This document shows positions 46,771-48,441 of a DNA stretch of 48,441 bases, piece after piece. How positions within the stretch are numbered: the first letter of the stretch is position 1; every line of letters begins with the position of its first letter. The position numbers were made by a program, and so were the translations under genes. The notes under the pieces were generated by a model, which was not told the origin of the DNA, ran no database searches, and saw only the letters and a program-made list of their open reading frames with translations. This stretch comes from Nemertoderma westbladi (lineage: Eukaryota; Animalia; Xenacoelomorpha): the NCBI GenBank assembly GCA_032718475.1, contig JAUCBJ010007341.1:1-48441 (forward strand), written 5' to 3'.

Positions 46771-48441
46771 GATATTAGGCAAAAATACAAATAATTAATT
46801 ACAAATATTAAAACATTGAAATATTTTCTTTATAGAAGTGTCGAAACCGGAAAACTGTTTGCCTTGGTACTACAAGCGGTGGCGGAGGTCGGCTCCGATG
46901 GAGGTCAGCTCCATCGGCTCCATCCTCGCGTTCCTGCAGGATTTGAGTGTTGGCGGGTTTATCGCGATAATAAACCCGCGTTTCGAGGGTGAGAGTTCGT
47001 TTCCCGTTGTTTCCAAGAACGATGTAATCATCCTTACCGTATACAGGAGGTACTCGTTGAGAAAAGGGAATTCCCTCTGCCACCGTACTTTGTTGACGTT
47101 ACTGCCACCGTTACTTCGCGGTGACGTCATCAATTACGGTGTCTAACATCGGCTACGATGACCCCCCTATGTGCCCCGGTCCCCTAAGCGACCACCGGAC
47201 CGGAGTTTCGTGCTGCTGTATGTCCTAGGCAGCCACATCTCCTGGCCTCCATATTCAGGACTGTCAATAACGCCGTCAGCGATCTTAAGGAGTATTTTGT
47301 TACTTCGTCCAGATCGGATTTGAGTCAATATAACCCCCCCCCCCTCCACTCCTTCATTCAGCACTATGTATCGTATGTCAGTCCTAAACTGGGGGAATAT
47401 GTTAAATTGTTAATATTGCGGTTTAATTAAGCGAAATAATTCAACTGAAATACATCAATTACTAATAGATATTGAATTAAACAGTTTAAGTCTGATTCGT
47501 TTATTGTTTTGGTTAGATTATGACTCAGCTACCAGTATAACATTTAGATCCCCTCATTTGCATTACAATACATAGCACAAAGCCAGTCAGCATTTTATAT
47601 AACAATATTTTTCGTAAATTTTAAGTGTACGTTTAAGTGTATGCGTAGTAACAATACATACATAATATACTACTTCTTGAATTTAACTGGGTAATTTATC
47701 GCATAATTTTAAGCTACGATTTTCCAATGATGCCATTTGTTTTTCGAGTGTACGAATATTTGCGATGAAGTAACGCCACGTTCAAATTTAACTAAATCAT
47801 ATTTACTTGGCTTTACTATACTTCACTACACTAAGAAGTACGATTATTGCTACAATTATGGGACAGCTCGCAAAATAATTCTAGAACTACGTGTAGCTAT
47901 CAATGCTACAAAACAAATTTAATAAAATATAACCTAATCAAAACACTAATACAATAATAATAAGAATAATAATGTCTATCAATTATTTGGCATCATTATT
48001 GGCTATTAATTAGCATTTTGGTCATCATAAGATTAAAATAGGGATAAAATATAGAACATACACAAATGCATAACAAAATATAAGTAGTAATAATAATAGT
48101 AGTTATAATACAATATTAAGTAAAATTTGTTAAAACCATGTTATATGCTATGCATAGTTAAACATTGGCATCGAGATGGTGTCATTAGTTTTAAGTGTGG
48201 ATGTATATCGAACACCAATTTATAGTTACTTTTTCCAATTAGCATAATCATATCAATGAATTGCATTAAAATGAGTGATTAATTAATAATAAAAAAATTT
48301 AAACATTTACTATTTAATTGCTTAATAAATGTCTATATTAGGAATTAATATTAGTAATTACAATGTTAAACCCAAACAAAAAGAGTGTGTGACATATGGC
48401 AAAACACTGTACATTCAGGTTACTGGAAAGAGAGAAGATCT

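Noticed and set aside
46870-47133. ORF with faint CCDC148-like words (RWQREF, ADLRHRL)
   Set aside because: Ends in a stop, no good splice sites, and the equivalent region is already covered by other exons

Overview
AT-rich, intron-containing invertebrate animal genomic DNA; not prokaryotic, and no CRISPR. Three host genes are supported: (i) the 3' part of an M1 zinc aminopeptidase (+ strand, 8 exons 4750..25602, intact HEXXH-18x-E but GAMEN changed to KGMEA); (ii) a small single-CDS secreted prepropeptide with four dibasic sites (- strand, 27023..27298); (iii) CCDC148 (- strand, at least 5 exons, 28565..44103). The introns are full of mobile DNA: a GC-rich Mag-type Ty3/Gypsy element with 71-bp LTRs, a young BEL/Pao element inserted into its 5' LTR, nested RTE-like LINEs with (TAG)n tails, a Deu/Nin-domain SINE, several MITEs and four minisatellites. 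Top finding: a complete hammerhead ribozyme core whose three strands are in a non-circularly permuted, pseudoknotted order, with an extra 11-bp helix (- strand, 43021..43092), inside a 511-bp insertion with a 13-bp TSD. Second finding: the BEL/Pao element has no tRNA primer-binding site; instead its PBS position is complementary to a 10-mer in its own LTR, which suggests Tf1-like self-priming. All calls come from manual reading; no database searches were run.
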